DNA of 64,000 bases from Alphaproteobacteria bacterium (GTDB lineage: Bacteria; Pseudomonadota; Alphaproteobacteria; MPNO01), in NCBI GenBank assembly GCA_965231875.1, contig CBDDOM010000002.1, forward strand, positions 4,690,487 through 4,754,486. Reading direction: 5' to 3'. The notes under the pieces were generated by a model, which was not told the origin of the DNA, did no database searches, and saw only the letters and a program-made list of their open reading frames with translations. This document shows positions 17,173-27,227 of the stretch, one piece after another; positions within the stretch are counted from its first letter, which is position 1; each line of letters opens with the position of its first letter. The position numbers and the translations under genes are program-made.

Positions 17173-18542
17173 GGCCCGTCCTCCACCAGGCTCTCGGCCG
17201 CGGAGCGAAACGCGTCGCCGCGTGCAGCGAAGGACGGCCATTGATCGAATGAAGCGCAGGCGGGCGAGAGCAGGACGGTGGCCCCGGGGAGCCGCTCGCC
17301 TTGCGCATCGCGATGCGCGGCTTCGAGCGCGCAAGCGAGGTCGCCACAGCGCTCGACGGGCGCGCGCAAGCCGATCTCGTCCGCGAACGCGGCCTCGGCC
17401 TCGCCGATCAGATAAGCGCGCCGGACGCGATGCAGTTCCGGCAAGACAGCCTTGAGTCCGTCCGCCTTGGGCCGTCCGCCGGCAATCCAGTAGATCGCGC
17501 GATAACAGACCAGGGCGTTGCGGCTCGCTTCGCCGTTGGTGGCCTTGGAGTCGTTGACATAGCGGACCGCGTCGATGACGGCGACGGTCTCCTGGCGGTG
17601 CGGCAGGCCGGGATAGGTTGCGAGAGCCGCGGCGGCCTGCGCGCGGGAGAGCCCCAGGGATCGGGCGGCCGCGAAGGCGGCGGCGGCGTTCTGGTGGTTG
17701 TGAGCGCCGGGCAGGGTGTCGATGCCGGAGAGATCGGCGACCCGACACTTGTCCTCGAACAATGTGCCGCCGATGACGGAAACGCCGCCATCGATCGGGC
17801 GCCCCACGGCGATGGGGACCAGGCTCCACCCGGCGCGTTTCTCCAGGTCGGCGAGCACGGCGCGGCTGGCGGCATCGTCGGCCCCGACGATGGCAACCTG
17901 TCCCCCACCCGGCTTGTCGCGGAAAATCCGCCGTTTCGCGGCGACGTATCCGGCCAGATCGCCGTGCCGGTCGAGATGGTCGGGGCTGATGTTCAGGAGA
18001 ACGGCGGTGTCGAACCGCATCCTGTCGATCAGGTCGAGCTGGTAGGACGAGCACTCGACCACGTAGATACCCTCCGGTCCCAGGGCGGGAAGCGAAAGGG
18101 CGGGCGGTCCGAGATTGCCGCCGACGGCGACCGTCCGACCGGCCTCCGAAAGGAGGTGTCCCAGCAGCGCGGTGGTGGTCGATTTTCCGTTGGTCCCGGT
18201 GACGCCGACCATTCGCGCATCCGGCGCCGCCTCGCCCAGAAGCTCGATATCCCCGATGACCGGGCAGTCGGCCCGCCGGGCGCTGCGGACCACGGGGTGG
18301 GGCTCGGGATGGGTCAGCGGAACGCCGGGGCTCAACACGAGCGCGTCGAGACCGGGCCAGTCCCAGGCCGTGGGTTCGCACAACCTGATTCCGGCCGCGG
18401 CCGCGGCGCGGCGCGTTGCGGGGGCGTCGTCCCATCCGACGATCGCCGCGCCGCTGTTCCTGAGAGCGCCGGCGGTCGCCAGACCGGAACTGCCGAGGCC
18501 GAAGACGGCAAGGTTCTGGGTGCTGCGCGTGGGTAATTGCAT
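17169..18542 (-). CDS. murD: UDP-N-acetylmuramoylalanine--D-glutamate ligase MurD
   Basis: Mur ligase (GVTGTNGKSTTT). The start MQLPTRS at 18542 lies 4 nt after the mraY stop. Confidence 0.9.
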   Translation of the reverse strand: MQLPTRSTQNLAVFGLGSSGLATAGALRNSGAAIVGWDDAPATRRAAAAAGIRLCEPTAWDWPGLDALVLSPGVPLTHPEPHPVVRSARRADCPVIGDIELLGEAAPDARMVGVTGTNGKSTTTALLGHLLSEAGRTVAVGGNLGPPALSLPALGPEGIYVVECSSYQLDLIDRMRFDTAVLLNISPDHLDRHGDLAGYVAAKRRIFRDKPGGGQVAIVGADDAASRAVLADLEKRAGWSLVPIAVGRPIDGGVSVIGGTLFEDKCRVADLSGIDTLPGAHNHQNAAAAFAAARSLGLSRAQAAAALATYPGLPHRQETVAVIDAVRYVNDSKATNGEASRNALVCYRAIYWIAGGRPKADGLKAVLPELHRVRRAYLIGEAEAAFADEIGLRAPVERCGDLACALEAAHRDAQGERLPGATVLLSPACASFDQWPSFAARGDAFRSAAESLVEDGP

Positions 18543-18546
18543 CGGC

Positions 18547-19635
18547 CTAGCGCAGCTTGAGGGTGGACAGGCCGGCGAGCGCGAGCACCGCCGCGATGAT
18601 CCAGAACCGGATGACGACCGTCGATTCCGCCCATCCCTTCTGTTCGAAATGGTGGTGCAGCGGCGCCATCCGAAAGATCCGGCGCCCGGTGAGCCTGAAC
18701 GAGACCACCTGGACGATGACCGACACCGCTTCGAGAACGAACAGTCCGCCAATGATGACGAGCACGAGCTCGTGCTTGGTGATCAGGCTGACCGCGGCGA
18801 GCGCGCCTCCGACCGAGAGCGCGCCGGTGTCGCCCATGAACACCATCGCCGGCGGCGCGTTGAACCACAGGAAACCGAGCCCCGCGCCGACCAGCGCACC
18901 GCAAAACACCGCGAGCTCGCCCGCGCCCCGCACGAAATGGATTTGCAGGTAGTTGGAAAAAACCGCATTGCCCACGAGGTAGGCAATCATCGCGAAACAC
19001 CCGGCCGCGATCAGCGCCGGCATGATCGCGAGCCCGTCCAGGCCGTCGGTGAGATTGACCGCGTTGGACGTTCCGATCAGCACCAGCACCGCCCAGGGCA
19101 GGAAGAACCAACCGAGCGGAACGAGCACTTCCTTGAGGAACGGCACGGTGAGCCCCATCGCGAGCGGCCCCGCCGTGGCCTCGGTCATCCAGTACGCCGC
19201 GACCGTTCCGACCGCGATCTGGGCGAGCAGCTTCATGCGCGCCGACATCCCGCCGCTCGATCGTCGGCTCACCTTCAGATAGTCGTCGACGAAGCCGATC
19301 ACGCCGAAGCAAAGGGTCACGAACAACGCGATCCACACATACTGGTTGGCGAGGTCGGCCCAGAGCAGAGTCGCGATCAGAATGGTGGCCAGAATCAGCA
19401 CGCCACCCATGGTCGGCGTGCCCTTCTTGGTCAGAAGATGCGACGGCGGTCCGTCCTCGCGGATGGGCTGGCCGTCGCCCTGTTGCAGTTTGAGCCAGCG
19501 GATGAGCGAAGGGCCGAGGATCAGCGACAGGGCCAGGGCGGTGACCGCGGCGCCTCCTGTCCTGAGCGTGATGTACCGGATCAGGTTCAGAACGCCGCCA
19601 TCGTCGGCGAAGGGGAGGAGCGCATTGAATAACAT
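18547..19635 (-). CDS. mraY: phospho-N-acetylmuramoyl-pentapeptide transferase MraY
   Basis: 363 aa after trimming. Integral membrane protein with MraY motifs ([18 protein letters not shown]). The track ORF (556 aa) is over-extended. Confidence 0.92.
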   Translation of the reverse strand: MLFNALLPFADDGGVLNLIRYITLRTGGAAVTALALSLILGPSLIRWLKLQQGDGQPIREDGPPSHLLTKKGTPTMGGVLILATILIATLLWADLANQYVWIALFVTLCFGVIGFVDDYLKVSRRSSGGMSARMKLLAQIAVGTVAAYWMTEATAGPLAMGLTVPFLKEVLVPLGWFFLPWAVLVLIGTSNAVNLTDGLDGLAIMPALIAAGCFAMIAYLVGNAVFSNYLQIHFVRGAGELAVFCGALVGAGLGFLWFNAPPAMVFMGDTGALSVGGALAAVSLITKHELVLVIIGGLFVLEAVSVIVQVVSFRLTGRRIFRMAPLHHHFEQKGWAESTVVIRFWIIAAVLALAGLSTLKLR

Positions 19636-19649
19636 GCCGACGGAACCCC

Positions 19650-21077
19650 TCAGCTTCCCACGGCCGCGGCTGGTGCCGGGTGGGGGATGCCGGCATCCAT
19701 CAGTCGCGCGACGACCGCATCCATCCGGCTCGCGTTGGAGCCCTTGACCATCACCACATCGTCCGGCCGGACCAGCGCCACGGCGGTATCGGCCAGCGCC
19801 GCGCCTGTCTCCGCGGCGGCTCCCCGCATGCCGACGGGCAGCCGATCCAGCACCGCCCGCATGTCGCCGGCCGCGAATACGGTGTGGATGCCGCTCTCCA
19901 CCAGCGGGTCCGCGAGGCCCTCGTGGAACGCGGCGGCCTCGGGCCCGAGCTCGAACATGGGGCCCAGGATGGCGATCCTGCGACCCTCGCCGCGCGGCGA
20001 AATCCGGCCCAGCGTCTCGATCGCCGCGCGCATCGAGGCGGGATTCGCGTTGTAGCTCTCGTCGATCAACGTGAAAGTCCCGCCGGCGCAGGCGACGCTG
20101 TGAGGCTTGCCGCGCCCCGCCATCGGAGCGAGGGTTCGCAGGCTCCCGGCAGCCTCCTCGGCATCCGCCCCGAGCGCCTCGACGGCGGCAAGTACGGCGA
20201 GTGAGTTGAGCACCCAATGCCGACCGGGAAGCCCGATCCGGTAGTCGATCCTGCGGCCGAGGAGGTCGGCGGTCACGTCGCTCCCGTCCGCGTCCAGGGA
20301 AACCGCGCGGGCGGTCACGTCGCCATTGCAGAGTCCGAAGGAAACGATCCGGGTGTCGGGTCTGCGCACCGCCGACGCGCGCAACCGATCGAAGAACATG
20401 TTGTCCCGATTGAGCACGCAGGCCCCGCCCGGATCCACGCCCTCGAAAATTTCAGCCTTCGCGTCGGCGACAGCTTCCAGAGAGGAAAAGAAAGCGAGAT
20501 GGGCGGCCTCGACATTCGTAACGACCGCGACATGCGGGCGGATGAGGCGCGAGAGCGGCGAGATTTCGCCGGCATGGTTCATGCCGACCTCGAACACGCC
20601 GAACGCGGAGCCGGGAGGCATGCGCGCGAGCGAGAGGGGAACCCCCCAGAGATTGTTGTAGCTTGCCGCGCTCGCGGAGGTACCGCCTTGACCGGCGAGC
20701 GCGTGGCGCAGCGCTTCCTTGGTCCCGGTCTTGCCGACGCTGCCGGTGACGGCAACCACGCGGGCCTTGCCGCGGTCCCGCCCACGGCGACCCAGGGCGG
20801 TGAGCGCGGCAAGGGTGTCTTCGACAAGCAGCAGCGGCGCGTCCGTTCCGATGCCGTCGGGCCGACGGTGGACCGCGGCGGCGACGGACCCGGCGGCGAG
20901 GGCGTCGCCGACATAGTCATGGCCGTCCTTCTCGGGGCCCTCGATGGCAACGAACAAATCGCCGGGTGCGGCGGTCCGGCTGTCGATCGATACGCCGCCG
21001 GCCTCCCACGCGCCGGTTGCGCTGCCGCCGGTGACCGCCGCTGCTTCGGTGGAAGTCCAGAGAGGGGTCGCGCTCAC
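19650..21077 (-). CDS. murF: UDP-MurNAc-tripeptide--D-alanyl-D-alanine ligase MurF
   Basis: Mur ligase ([12 protein letters not shown]). The GTG start at 21075-21077 overlaps the murE stop (GTGA). Confidence 0.85.
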   Translation of the reverse strand: MSATPLWTSTEAAAVTGGSATGAWEAGGVSIDSRTAAPGDLFVAIEGPEKDGHDYVGDALAAGSVAAAVHRRPDGIGTDAPLLLVEDTLAALTALGRRGRDRGKARVVAVTGSVGKTGTKEALRHALAGQGGTSASAASYNNLWGVPLSLARMPPGSAFGVFEVGMNHAGEISPLSRLIRPHVAVVTNVEAAHLAFFSSLEAVADAKAEIFEGVDPGGACVLNRDNMFFDRLRASAVRRPDTRIVSFGLCNGDVTARAVSLDADGSDVTADLLGRRIDYRIGLPGRHWVLNSLAVLAAVEALGADAEEAAGSLRTLAPMAGRGKPHSVACAGGTFTLIDESYNANPASMRAAIETLGRISPRGEGRRIAILGPMFELGPEAAAFHEGLADPLVESGIHTVFAAGDMRAVLDRLPVGMRGAAAETGAALADTAVALVRPDDVVMVKGSNASRMDAVVARLMDAGIPHPAPAAAVGS

Positions 21078-22543
21078 GCTCGAACTCCCCCCAATGCCCG
21101 CACCGCCTCGCGCGCGGTTTCGACATCGTCGAAGGGGCGCGTGGTATTGCCCACGATCTGCCCGGTCTCGTGCCCCTTGCCCGCGACGATCAGCACATCG
21201 TCCGCCGCCAGCCCCGCGATAGCGGCGCGAATCGCTTCGCCCCGATCGCCGATCTCGACCGCGTCGGGACAACCGGAAAGAATTTCGCGTCGGATCGCGC
21301 CGGGATCTTCGCTGCGCGGGTTGTCATCGGTCACCACCGCCCGGTCGGCGAACCGGGCGGCTGCCTCGCCCATCAGGCGCCGCTTGCCGGAATCGCGGTC
21401 CCCGCCGCAGCCGAACACCACGACCAGTGCCCCCGCGGCGTGGAGCCTCAGGGCCTGCAACGCATGGACCAGCGCAACCGGGGTGTGGGCGTAGTCCACA
21501 AAGATCACCGCCCCGGTGGGGCCGCGGCCCACGGGCTGCATCCGCCCCGGCGGCGCCTCGAGCGTGCCCAGGGAGTCGATCGCGGCGCACCGGTCGTCCC
21601 CGCCGCCGACAACGAGACCGGCGGCGCAGAGGGCGTTGCCGATCTGGAATTCGCCGATCAGGCCGAAGCGCTGCCGCCGGGTTTCGCCGAACGCGACGAG
21701 CTCGGCGACCTGGCCGTCCATATCGGGCTCCACCGAGACCAGGCGCAGCTCCTGGGCGTTGCGGCCGTAATCGATAACCGGGCATCCGCGCGCCCGGCAG
21801 GTTTCGGCGAAGAGGTCGAACTCCGGGCTGTCGGCATTCAGCACGGCGGTGCCGCCCGGCGGGAGGAGCTCGCCAAAGAGGCGCAGCTTGGCGGCGCGAT
21901 AGGCATCGAACGAAACGTGGTAATCGAGATGATCGCGGGACAGGTTGGTGAAACCGGCGGCGGCAAGCGGGACACCGTCGAGACGGCACTGGGCCAGCCC
22001 GTGGCTGGAGGCCTCGAGCGCCGCGCGCTCGACCCCCGCATCGGCGAGCGCCGCGAGATCCCGATGCAGCGTGACGGGGTCGGGCGTCGTCAGGGCGCCG
22101 GCGCGCTTGCCGGACGGGCCGACGACACCGAGTGTGCCGACCGCGGCCGCCCGCAAGCCGGTCGCGCCCCAGATCTGACGCACGAAGGACACCACGGAGG
22201 TCTTGCCGTTGGTGCCGGTCACCGCCACGCAGCGCTCGGGCGGATCGGGGTAGAAGCGCGCGGAGAGCTCGGCCAGGCGAGCGCGCGGATCGGCATCGAC
22301 GACCGTTCGGACCCGGCCCTCGGCCGCGCCGAGGTCGATCGCTTCGGGAACCAGGATCGCCGCCGCGCCGCGCGCTACGGCATCGGCGACAAAATACCGG
22401 CCATCCGTTGCCAGGCCCGGCAGGGCCGCGAACAGGAAGCCGGGCCGGACCTGCCGCGAATCGCTGGCGATGCCCGTGATCTCGACATCGCCTTCCGGCG
22501 GTCGGCGGGGCATGTCCGGGCCAAGAAGATCAACGAGACGCAA
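21074..22543 (-). CDS. murE: UDP-MurNAc-L-Ala-D-Glu--2,6-diaminopimelate ligase MurE
   Basis: 489 aa. Mur ligase (VTGTNGKTS) and the DNPR motif typical of meso-DAP-adding MurE. Confidence 0.88.
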   Translation of the reverse strand: MRLVDLLGPDMPRRPPEGDVEITGIASDSRQVRPGFLFAALPGLATDGRYFVADAVARGAAAILVPEAIDLGAAEGRVRTVVDADPRARLAELSARFYPDPPERCVAVTGTNGKTSVVSFVRQIWGATGLRAAAVGTLGVVGPSGKRAGALTTPDPVTLHRDLAALADAGVERAALEASSHGLAQCRLDGVPLAAAGFTNLSRDHLDYHVSFDAYRAAKLRLFGELLPPGGTAVLNADSPEFDLFAETCRARGCPVIDYGRNAQELRLVSVEPDMDGQVAELVAFGETRRQRFGLIGEFQIGNALCAAGLVVGGGDDRCAAIDSLGTLEAPPGRMQPVGRGPTGAVIFVDYAHTPVALVHALQALRLHAAGALVVVFGCGGDRDSGKRRLMGEAAARFADRAVVTDDNPRSEDPGAIRREILSGCPDAVEIGDRGEAIRAAIAGLAADDVLIVAGKGHETGQIVGNTTRPFDDVETAREAVRALGGVRA

Positions 22544-24248
22544 GCCTCCCGCTCCCTTGCTGCGCCTTCACGACCTCGAGCCGCATTCGCTGCTCGATCT
22601 GCAACGACCGTTCGTCGACGGGCTTGACACCGAGCAGCGGGCCGATGCGCGCGACCGTCCTTCCGACCACCGGCGCGGCAACCCACCCGCCGGTGGCATA
22701 GCCATGGGTCTCGCGGGTGCCGCGCGGCTGGTCGACCAGCGCGAGCACGACATAGCGGGGCCGGTGCATGGGAAACGCGGCGACGAAGGAAGACAGGAGG
22801 CGCTTCTTCTTGTATCCGCCCCGTCCCGCCTGTTCGGCGGTGCCGGTCTTGCCGCCCACCAGATAACCGGCGGCCGCGGCCTTGGAGCCGGTTCCCTCCA
22901 CGACGACAAGCCGCATCAGCCGCCGCATCTTGTCCGACGTGGCCCGGGACAGCACCCGTTTGCCCTCCGGACTCGCCTGCGGCTCACGCTTCAACAGGGT
23001 CGGCGGGTGAAGGGTTCCTCCGTTCACCACCGCCGCGACGGCACTCGTGAGATGGAGCGGGGAGACGGCGACGCCGTGACCGAACGCCACCGTCATCGTG
23101 TTGATCTCGCGCCAGCGGCGGGGATACAGCGGCCAGCCGTTCTCGCTGATCTCGACCGGCGTCTTTCGGAACATTCCGAGATCGGCGAGGAAATGCCGCA
23201 TTCTCTTGCCGCCGACCGCCAGGCCCAGCTTGGCCGCGCCGATATTGGACGAATAGATGAAAACCTCGGGAACGGTCAGCACCCGGGCCTTGGCATGGAA
23301 ATCGCTGATCTTGTACCTGGCGACGCGGATCGGCCGGGTCGCGTCGATCCGGTCGGAGAGAGTCACGGCGCCGACGTCCAGCGCCAAGGCGGTGCTCAGG
23401 ATCTTGAAGGTCGAGCCCATCTCGTAGATGCCGAGGGTCGCCCGATTGAAGCGGAACCCGGCGTTTGCGGAATGCGCCCGGTTGGGATCGAAGTCGGGTA
23501 GCGACACCATGGCGAGCAACTCGCCATTCGCGGTGTCGAGCACGATGCCGGCCGCGCCGACCGCGCTGTGTTCGGTCATCGCCCGGAAGAGCTCGTTTCT
23601 CAGCACGTGCTGGACGCGAATATCGATGCTGAGAGACAGAGAGCCACTGCCTTCTCGAAGTTTGACATCGAATTGTCGTTCGATCCCGGCCAGCCCCTTT
23701 CCGTCGGGATCGGAAAATCCGACCACGTGAGCGGCGAGTCTTCCCATCGGGTAGACCCGGCGCTGGTCGGGCTCCAGTACGAGGCCGGGCATTCCCAGGC
23801 GGAGAATCGCGTATTGCTCGTTCGGGGTCAGATGCCGGCGCAGAGATACATAGCGCTTGGGAATGCGAAGCCGCTCGGAGATCCTTCCGCGGTCGAGATC
23901 GGGCAAGACTGTCGCCAGCGCCTCCAATGTCGCGTCGGCATCGGCGATCCATGCCGTATTCGCGTAGAGCGCGGCGGTTCCGAGGCTGACGGCCAGAACG
24001 ACGCCGTTCCGGTCCGTGATCTCGGTCTTGGCGGCCGCGCCGCGGGCGATCTGGGCCGGCGGCAAGTCTCTCGGCTCGACGCCCGCCTGCAATACGGTGA
24101 CATCGAAGAGCCGGACGCCGATCGCAACGAATGCGGCGGACAATACGGCGCCGGTCAGGAGAAGCCGGCCGCGACCGACTTCGATCGCCCGCTTTCGATC
24201 TCCCTCGATCCGCATGTTCGCTCCGTCGTAGCGTCCGCGATCGGTCAT
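22530..24248 (-). CDS. ftsI: peptidoglycan D,D-transpeptidase FtsI (PBP3)
   Basis: STFK, SSN-like and KTGT motifs with an N-terminal transmembrane segment. The start MTDRG at 24248 overlaps the ftsL stop (ATGA). The track ORF (741 aa) is over-extended. Confidence 0.9.
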   Translation of the reverse strand: MTDRGRYDGANMRIEGDRKRAIEVGRGRLLLTGAVLSAAFVAIGVRLFDVTVLQAGVEPRDLPPAQIARGAAAKTEITDRNGVVLAVSLGTAALYANTAWIADADATLEALATVLPDLDRGRISERLRIPKRYVSLRRHLTPNEQYAILRLGMPGLVLEPDQRRVYPMGRLAAHVVGFSDPDGKGLAGIERQFDVKLREGSGSLSLSIDIRVQHVLRNELFRAMTEHSAVGAAGIVLDTANGELLAMVSLPDFDPNRAHSANAGFRFNRATLGIYEMGSTFKILSTALALDVGAVTLSDRIDATRPIRVARYKISDFHAKARVLTVPEVFIYSSNIGAAKLGLAVGGKRMRHFLADLGMFRKTPVEISENGWPLYPRRWREINTMTVAFGHGVAVSPLHLTSAVAAVVNGGTLHPPTLLKREPQASPEGKRVLSRATSDKMRRLMRLVVVEGTGSKAAAAGYLVGGKTGTAEQAGRGGYKKKRLLSSFVAAFPMHRPRYVVLALVDQPRGTRETHGYATGGWVAAPVVGRTVARIGPLLGVKPVDERSLQIEQRMRLEVVKAQQGSGRLASR

Positions 24249-24598
24249 CGGGCGTCCCTCCCGGACGTCGCCGAGGCTTTCAGCGGGGCGGCCGAAGAGG
24301 GCGTCCAATCCGGATCCGGCCGCACGGCAAATGGGAGATCGGATACCTGCATCGTCTGCGCCGCCTCGGGCACCCGCAGATCGAGATGCCGGCGAGCCAG
24401 CGCCTCGAGCCGTTCCGGCCGGTTGAGATAGCTCCATTCCGCGCGCAGCACGTGCAGCGCCTCCTGTTCGCGCGCGATGTCCCGGTGGATGCCGGCGAGC
24501 CGGTCCTCGAGATCGTGGACCTCGGTCCCGATGACGATCGAGGCCGCGCCCATCACCACGGCAAGCAGCGCGAAAAGCACGGTCGAACTTCGTCTCAT
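24245..24598 (-). CDS. ftsL: cell division protein FtsL
   Basis: 117-aa bitopic protein with a transmembrane segment (VLFALLAVVMGAASIVIG) and a coiled coil, between rsmH and ftsI with ATGA overlaps at both ends. Confidence 0.7.
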   Translation of the reverse strand: MRRSSTVLFALLAVVMGAASIVIGTEVHDLEDRLAGIHRDIAREQEALHVLRAEWSYLNRPERLEALARRHLDLRVPEAAQTMQVSDLPFAVRPDPDWTPSSAAPLKASATSGRDAR

Positions 24599-25566
24599 CC
24601 CGTCCTCGCTTCCGCAACGGGGGCTTCGGTCCGCTCCGCGGCGCGCATGCGCGCCGAACGGGCACGCGGATTTGCGGCGATTTCGGCCGCGCTGGCACGA
24701 ACGACGCGGCGCCCGAGCAGGCGGAATCTTGCGGACCGGCCGGGCGCCTCGGCATCGGGCGCGTGGCGGGAGGGCCGCGGGCGCGCGGCGGAGCGTTCCA
24801 CCAGAAAGCGCTTGACCGTCCGGTCCTCGAGAGAGTGAAAGGTGACGACGGCCAGCCGCCCGCCGGGGCGCAGCAGGGCCTCGGCCGCGCTCAGTCCGCG
24901 CGCGAGCTCCCCAAGCTCGTCGTTCACGTAAACGCGAAGAGCCTGAAACGTGCGCGTGGCCGGGTCGATCCGATCGGTCGCGCCACCGCCGGCCTGCCCC
25001 ACCGCCCGGCGCACGATCGCGGCGAGCGCCGCGGTCCGGTCGATGCGCGCCTCGCGGCGCGCATGGACGATAGCCCGGGCGACCCGCCTGGCGCGCCGCT
25101 CCTCGCCATAATCTCGGATGATCCTCGCAAGGTCCCGCTCGGCCTCTTCGTTGACCACGTCGGCGGCGGTTCGCCCGGTCGAGGACATACGCATGTCCAG
25201 GGGGCCGTCGGCGCGAAACGAGAACCCGCGTTCGGCGGTGTCGAGCTGCATCGAGGAGACGCCGACATCGAGCGCCACGCCGTCCACTCCGTCGATCCCG
25301 TGCGCGGCGAGCAGCGGCGCCATGTCGCCATAGCGCCCGGCGACGAACAGGAACCGGTCGGCATAGCGGCGCCCGAGGGCCGCGGCGGCCGGCGCGGTCG
25401 CCGGATCGCGGTCTATGCCGCAGACCCTGCACCGGGCACTGCCGAGGATCGCCCGGCTGTACCCGCCGGCCCCGAATGTGCCGTCGACATAGATCGCCCC
25501 GTCGCGCGGAGCGATCGCGGCGAGCACCTGGTCCAGCATCACGGGCCTGTGGGCGGCTTCGGTCAT
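24595..25566 (-). CDS. rsmH: 16S rRNA (cytosine1402-N4)-methyltransferase RsmH (MraW)
   Basis: 323 aa. SAM-dependent methyltransferase with MraW motifs (DGTFGAGGYS, VTFHSLEDR). Confidence 0.92.
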   Translation of the reverse strand: MTEAAHRPVMLDQVLAAIAPRDGAIYVDGTFGAGGYSRAILGSARCRVCGIDRDPATAPAAAALGRRYADRFLFVAGRYGDMAPLLAAHGIDGVDGVALDVGVSSMQLDTAERGFSFRADGPLDMRMSSTGRTAADVVNEEAERDLARIIRDYGEERRARRVARAIVHARREARIDRTAALAAIVRRAVGQAGGGATDRIDPATRTFQALRVYVNDELGELARGLSAAEALLRPGGRLAVVTFHSLEDRTVKRFLVERSAARPRPSRHAPDAEAPGRSARFRLLGRRVVRASAAEIAANPRARSARMRAAERTEAPVAEARTG

Positions 25567-26033
25567 CCGCCGCCTCCGTTCCCTATACGCTGGCGCAGCG
25601 CGTCGATCGCCTGACCCTGATGGTCCTGGAACGCGTCCGGCGCCCAGATCTGGAACCGGTTGCCGCGCCCCACGAAGGTCGCCCGGTCCGAGATGCCGGC
25701 GTGATCGGCGAGCGCGGGCGGGATCACGATGCGGCCCTCGCTGTCGAAGGGCAGTTCGTGAACCAGGGCCATGATCGTTTCGACCAGGCTATCGCCGCCG
25801 CCGAGCAGGACCTGCTCGAAATCGTCGCCCTCCAGGGATCGGCTCATGCGCCGGCTGTTGAGCTGGTTGAGCACGTCGCGGCCGATCGCCTCGATGGCGG
25901 GTTCGCGAAAAGAGGGGTAGACGATCAGCGCGCTGGAACTCGATTCCGCGAGCACCGCGCGGAAGGGCGCCGGAACCGAAACGCGCTTCTTCCGGTCGAC
26001 CTTGTTCACATATGTCGACAGAAACGCGGTCAA
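25563..26033 (-). CDS. mraZ: transcriptional regulator MraZ
   Basis: 156 aa. Two MraZ/SpoVT-AbrB-like halves, and the N-terminus aligns to E. coli MraZ (VDRKKRVSVPAPFR). ATGA overlap with rsmH. Confidence 0.9.
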   Translation of the reverse strand: MTAFLSTYVNKVDRKKRVSVPAPFRAVLAESSSSALIVYPSFREPAIEAIGRDVLNQLNSRRMSRSLEGDDFEQVLLGGGDSLVETIMALVHELPFDSEGRIVIPPALADHAGISDRATFVGRGNRFQIWAPDAFQDHQGQAIDALRQRIGNGGGG

Positions 26034-26136
26034 ACCCTTCCCTCCAAGCCGTCCACGGTGCCGTCGTACCGGTCACCAACGGAGCCCCAAGCTCGTCCTG
26101 CCGAACCTTGGCAGGAATGGGACTAACTGCCTTAGC

Positions 26137-26161
26137 ATGGGAAATTATGGGGGTCAATGGG
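26137..26161 (+). promoter_or_regulatory. three direct TGGGN repeats at 10-bp phase (putative MraZ operator)
   Basis: ATGGGAaattATGGGGgtcaATGGGAcaaa, located 104-128 bp upstream of mraZ. The architecture (TGGGN with 5-nt spacers, three copies) matches the described E. coli MraZ operator. Orientation relative to mraZ is not resolved. Confidence 0.45.
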
Positions 26162-26289
26162 ACAAACAGCAAGACTTAAAGCAGAACTTTATTGTCATCG
26201 GGCATGAGAAAAAGGAGTTAGAGCGCACATTTTATGAGGCAAAGTCGGCGTTGGGACAGCTACGGTCGTCGTTGCCCTAACAGTGTGTC

Positions 26290-26330
26290 TCAATTATGTT
26301 CTTATTATGTTCTTTATTGGTCAATTGCCC
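26290..26330. promoter_or_regulatory. AT-rich tandem repeat TTATGTTCTT x2 flanked by CAATT/CAATTG
   Basis: caaTTATGTTCTTaTTATGTTCTTtattggtcaattg, within the 460-bp divergent intergenic region between mraZ and the oxidoreductase operon. This is the most AT-rich stretch seen in the window. Candidate regulator site or UP element. Confidence 0.3.
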
Positions 26331-26495
26331 GGCAACGCCTGCCAGGGATGGGCAACCCGCGGGCCAGTTAATAATGTCCACAGGTCGTTGCGAACTACGG
26401 CAATGCGGGTTGGTTGAGTCGCAAGAGGGACGGTAGGTTTCTCCGATACCCGCCCCGGCATCGGCTCGGGAGGGGCTTTCGATGAGGGAGACGTC

Positions 26496-27224
26496 ATGAC
26501 CGAGAACCGTCAGGACGAGGCGTTGGGGTTCGAAGCCTTCGAATTTCCCCCGGATCCGGCAGATGATTTCGAATGGGTTCCAGCGACGCCCGAAATTGCG
26601 GGCAATCTGACCGAACCGCGGGAGGCCGATTGGCGGACCGCCGGCACCAGCCGCCGGGCGTTCCTGCGCGGCGTCGTCTGTTCGGGTGTCGCCGTCTCGG
26701 CGTCCGCCTACATGTTCACCGTGCAATCGGGCGAGGCGCGCGCTGCGGTGCGCGGCGTCGAGCGTCTGATCTCGCTGAACATCAACGGGAAGACGCGTCG
26801 CGTCGATGTCCCGCCCAGCGAAACGCTGGCCCAGACGATCCGCTACCGGCTCGGCCTTACCGGCACCAAGATCGGCTGCAACCGCGCCGAATGCGGCGCC
26901 TGCACCGTCCTGGCCGACGACACCACGATCTATTCCTGCTCGACCCTGACCCACCAGGTTCGCGGCAGGAAGATCACGACGGTGGAAGGCGTCGCGGCGC
27001 CGGACGGCACGCTCCATCCGGTGCAGCAGGCGTTCATCGACGAGCTCGGACCGCAATGCGGCTTCTGCACGCCGGGCCAGGTGATGGCGGCGGTCAGCCT
27101 CCTGAAGAAAAACCCGAAGCCGACCGTGGACGAAGCGCGCCGCGCGATGTCCGGCAACCTGTGCAGATGCGGCGCTTACCCACATTACCTCGCCGGCGTC
27201 ATGCGCGCGGCAGGGAGGGCATAG
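26496..27224 (+). CDS. Tat-exported (2Fe-2S)-binding small subunit of a xanthine dehydrogenase/aldehyde oxidoreductase-family molybdoenzyme (PaoA-like)
   Basis: Twin-arginine signal SRRAFLRG, and two [2Fe-2S] cysteine clusters (CNRAECGACTV; CGFCTPG..CRCG). Confidence 0.85.
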   Translation: MTENRQDEALGFEAFEFPPDPADDFEWVPATPEIAGNLTEPREADWRTAGTSRRAFLRGVVCSGVAVSASAYMFTVQSGEARAAVRGVERLISLNINGKTRRVDVPPSETLAQTIRYRLGLTGTKIGCNRAECGACTVLADDTTIYSCSTLTHQVRGRKITTVEGVAAPDGTLHPVQQAFIDELGPQCGFCTPGQVMAAVSLLKKNPKPTVDEARRAMSGNLCRCGAYPHYLAGVMRAAGRA

Positions 27225-27227
27225 ATC

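Noticed and set aside
14933-17347. 804-aa 'MurG' ORF and similar over-long dcw ORFs (ftsW 794 aa, mraY 556 aa, ftsI 741 aa, ftsL 395 aa, murB 444 aa)
   Set aside because: Their N-terminal halves are low-complexity read-through into the upstream gene in another frame. The true starts sit at ATGA/GTGA overlaps with the preceding gene's stop.
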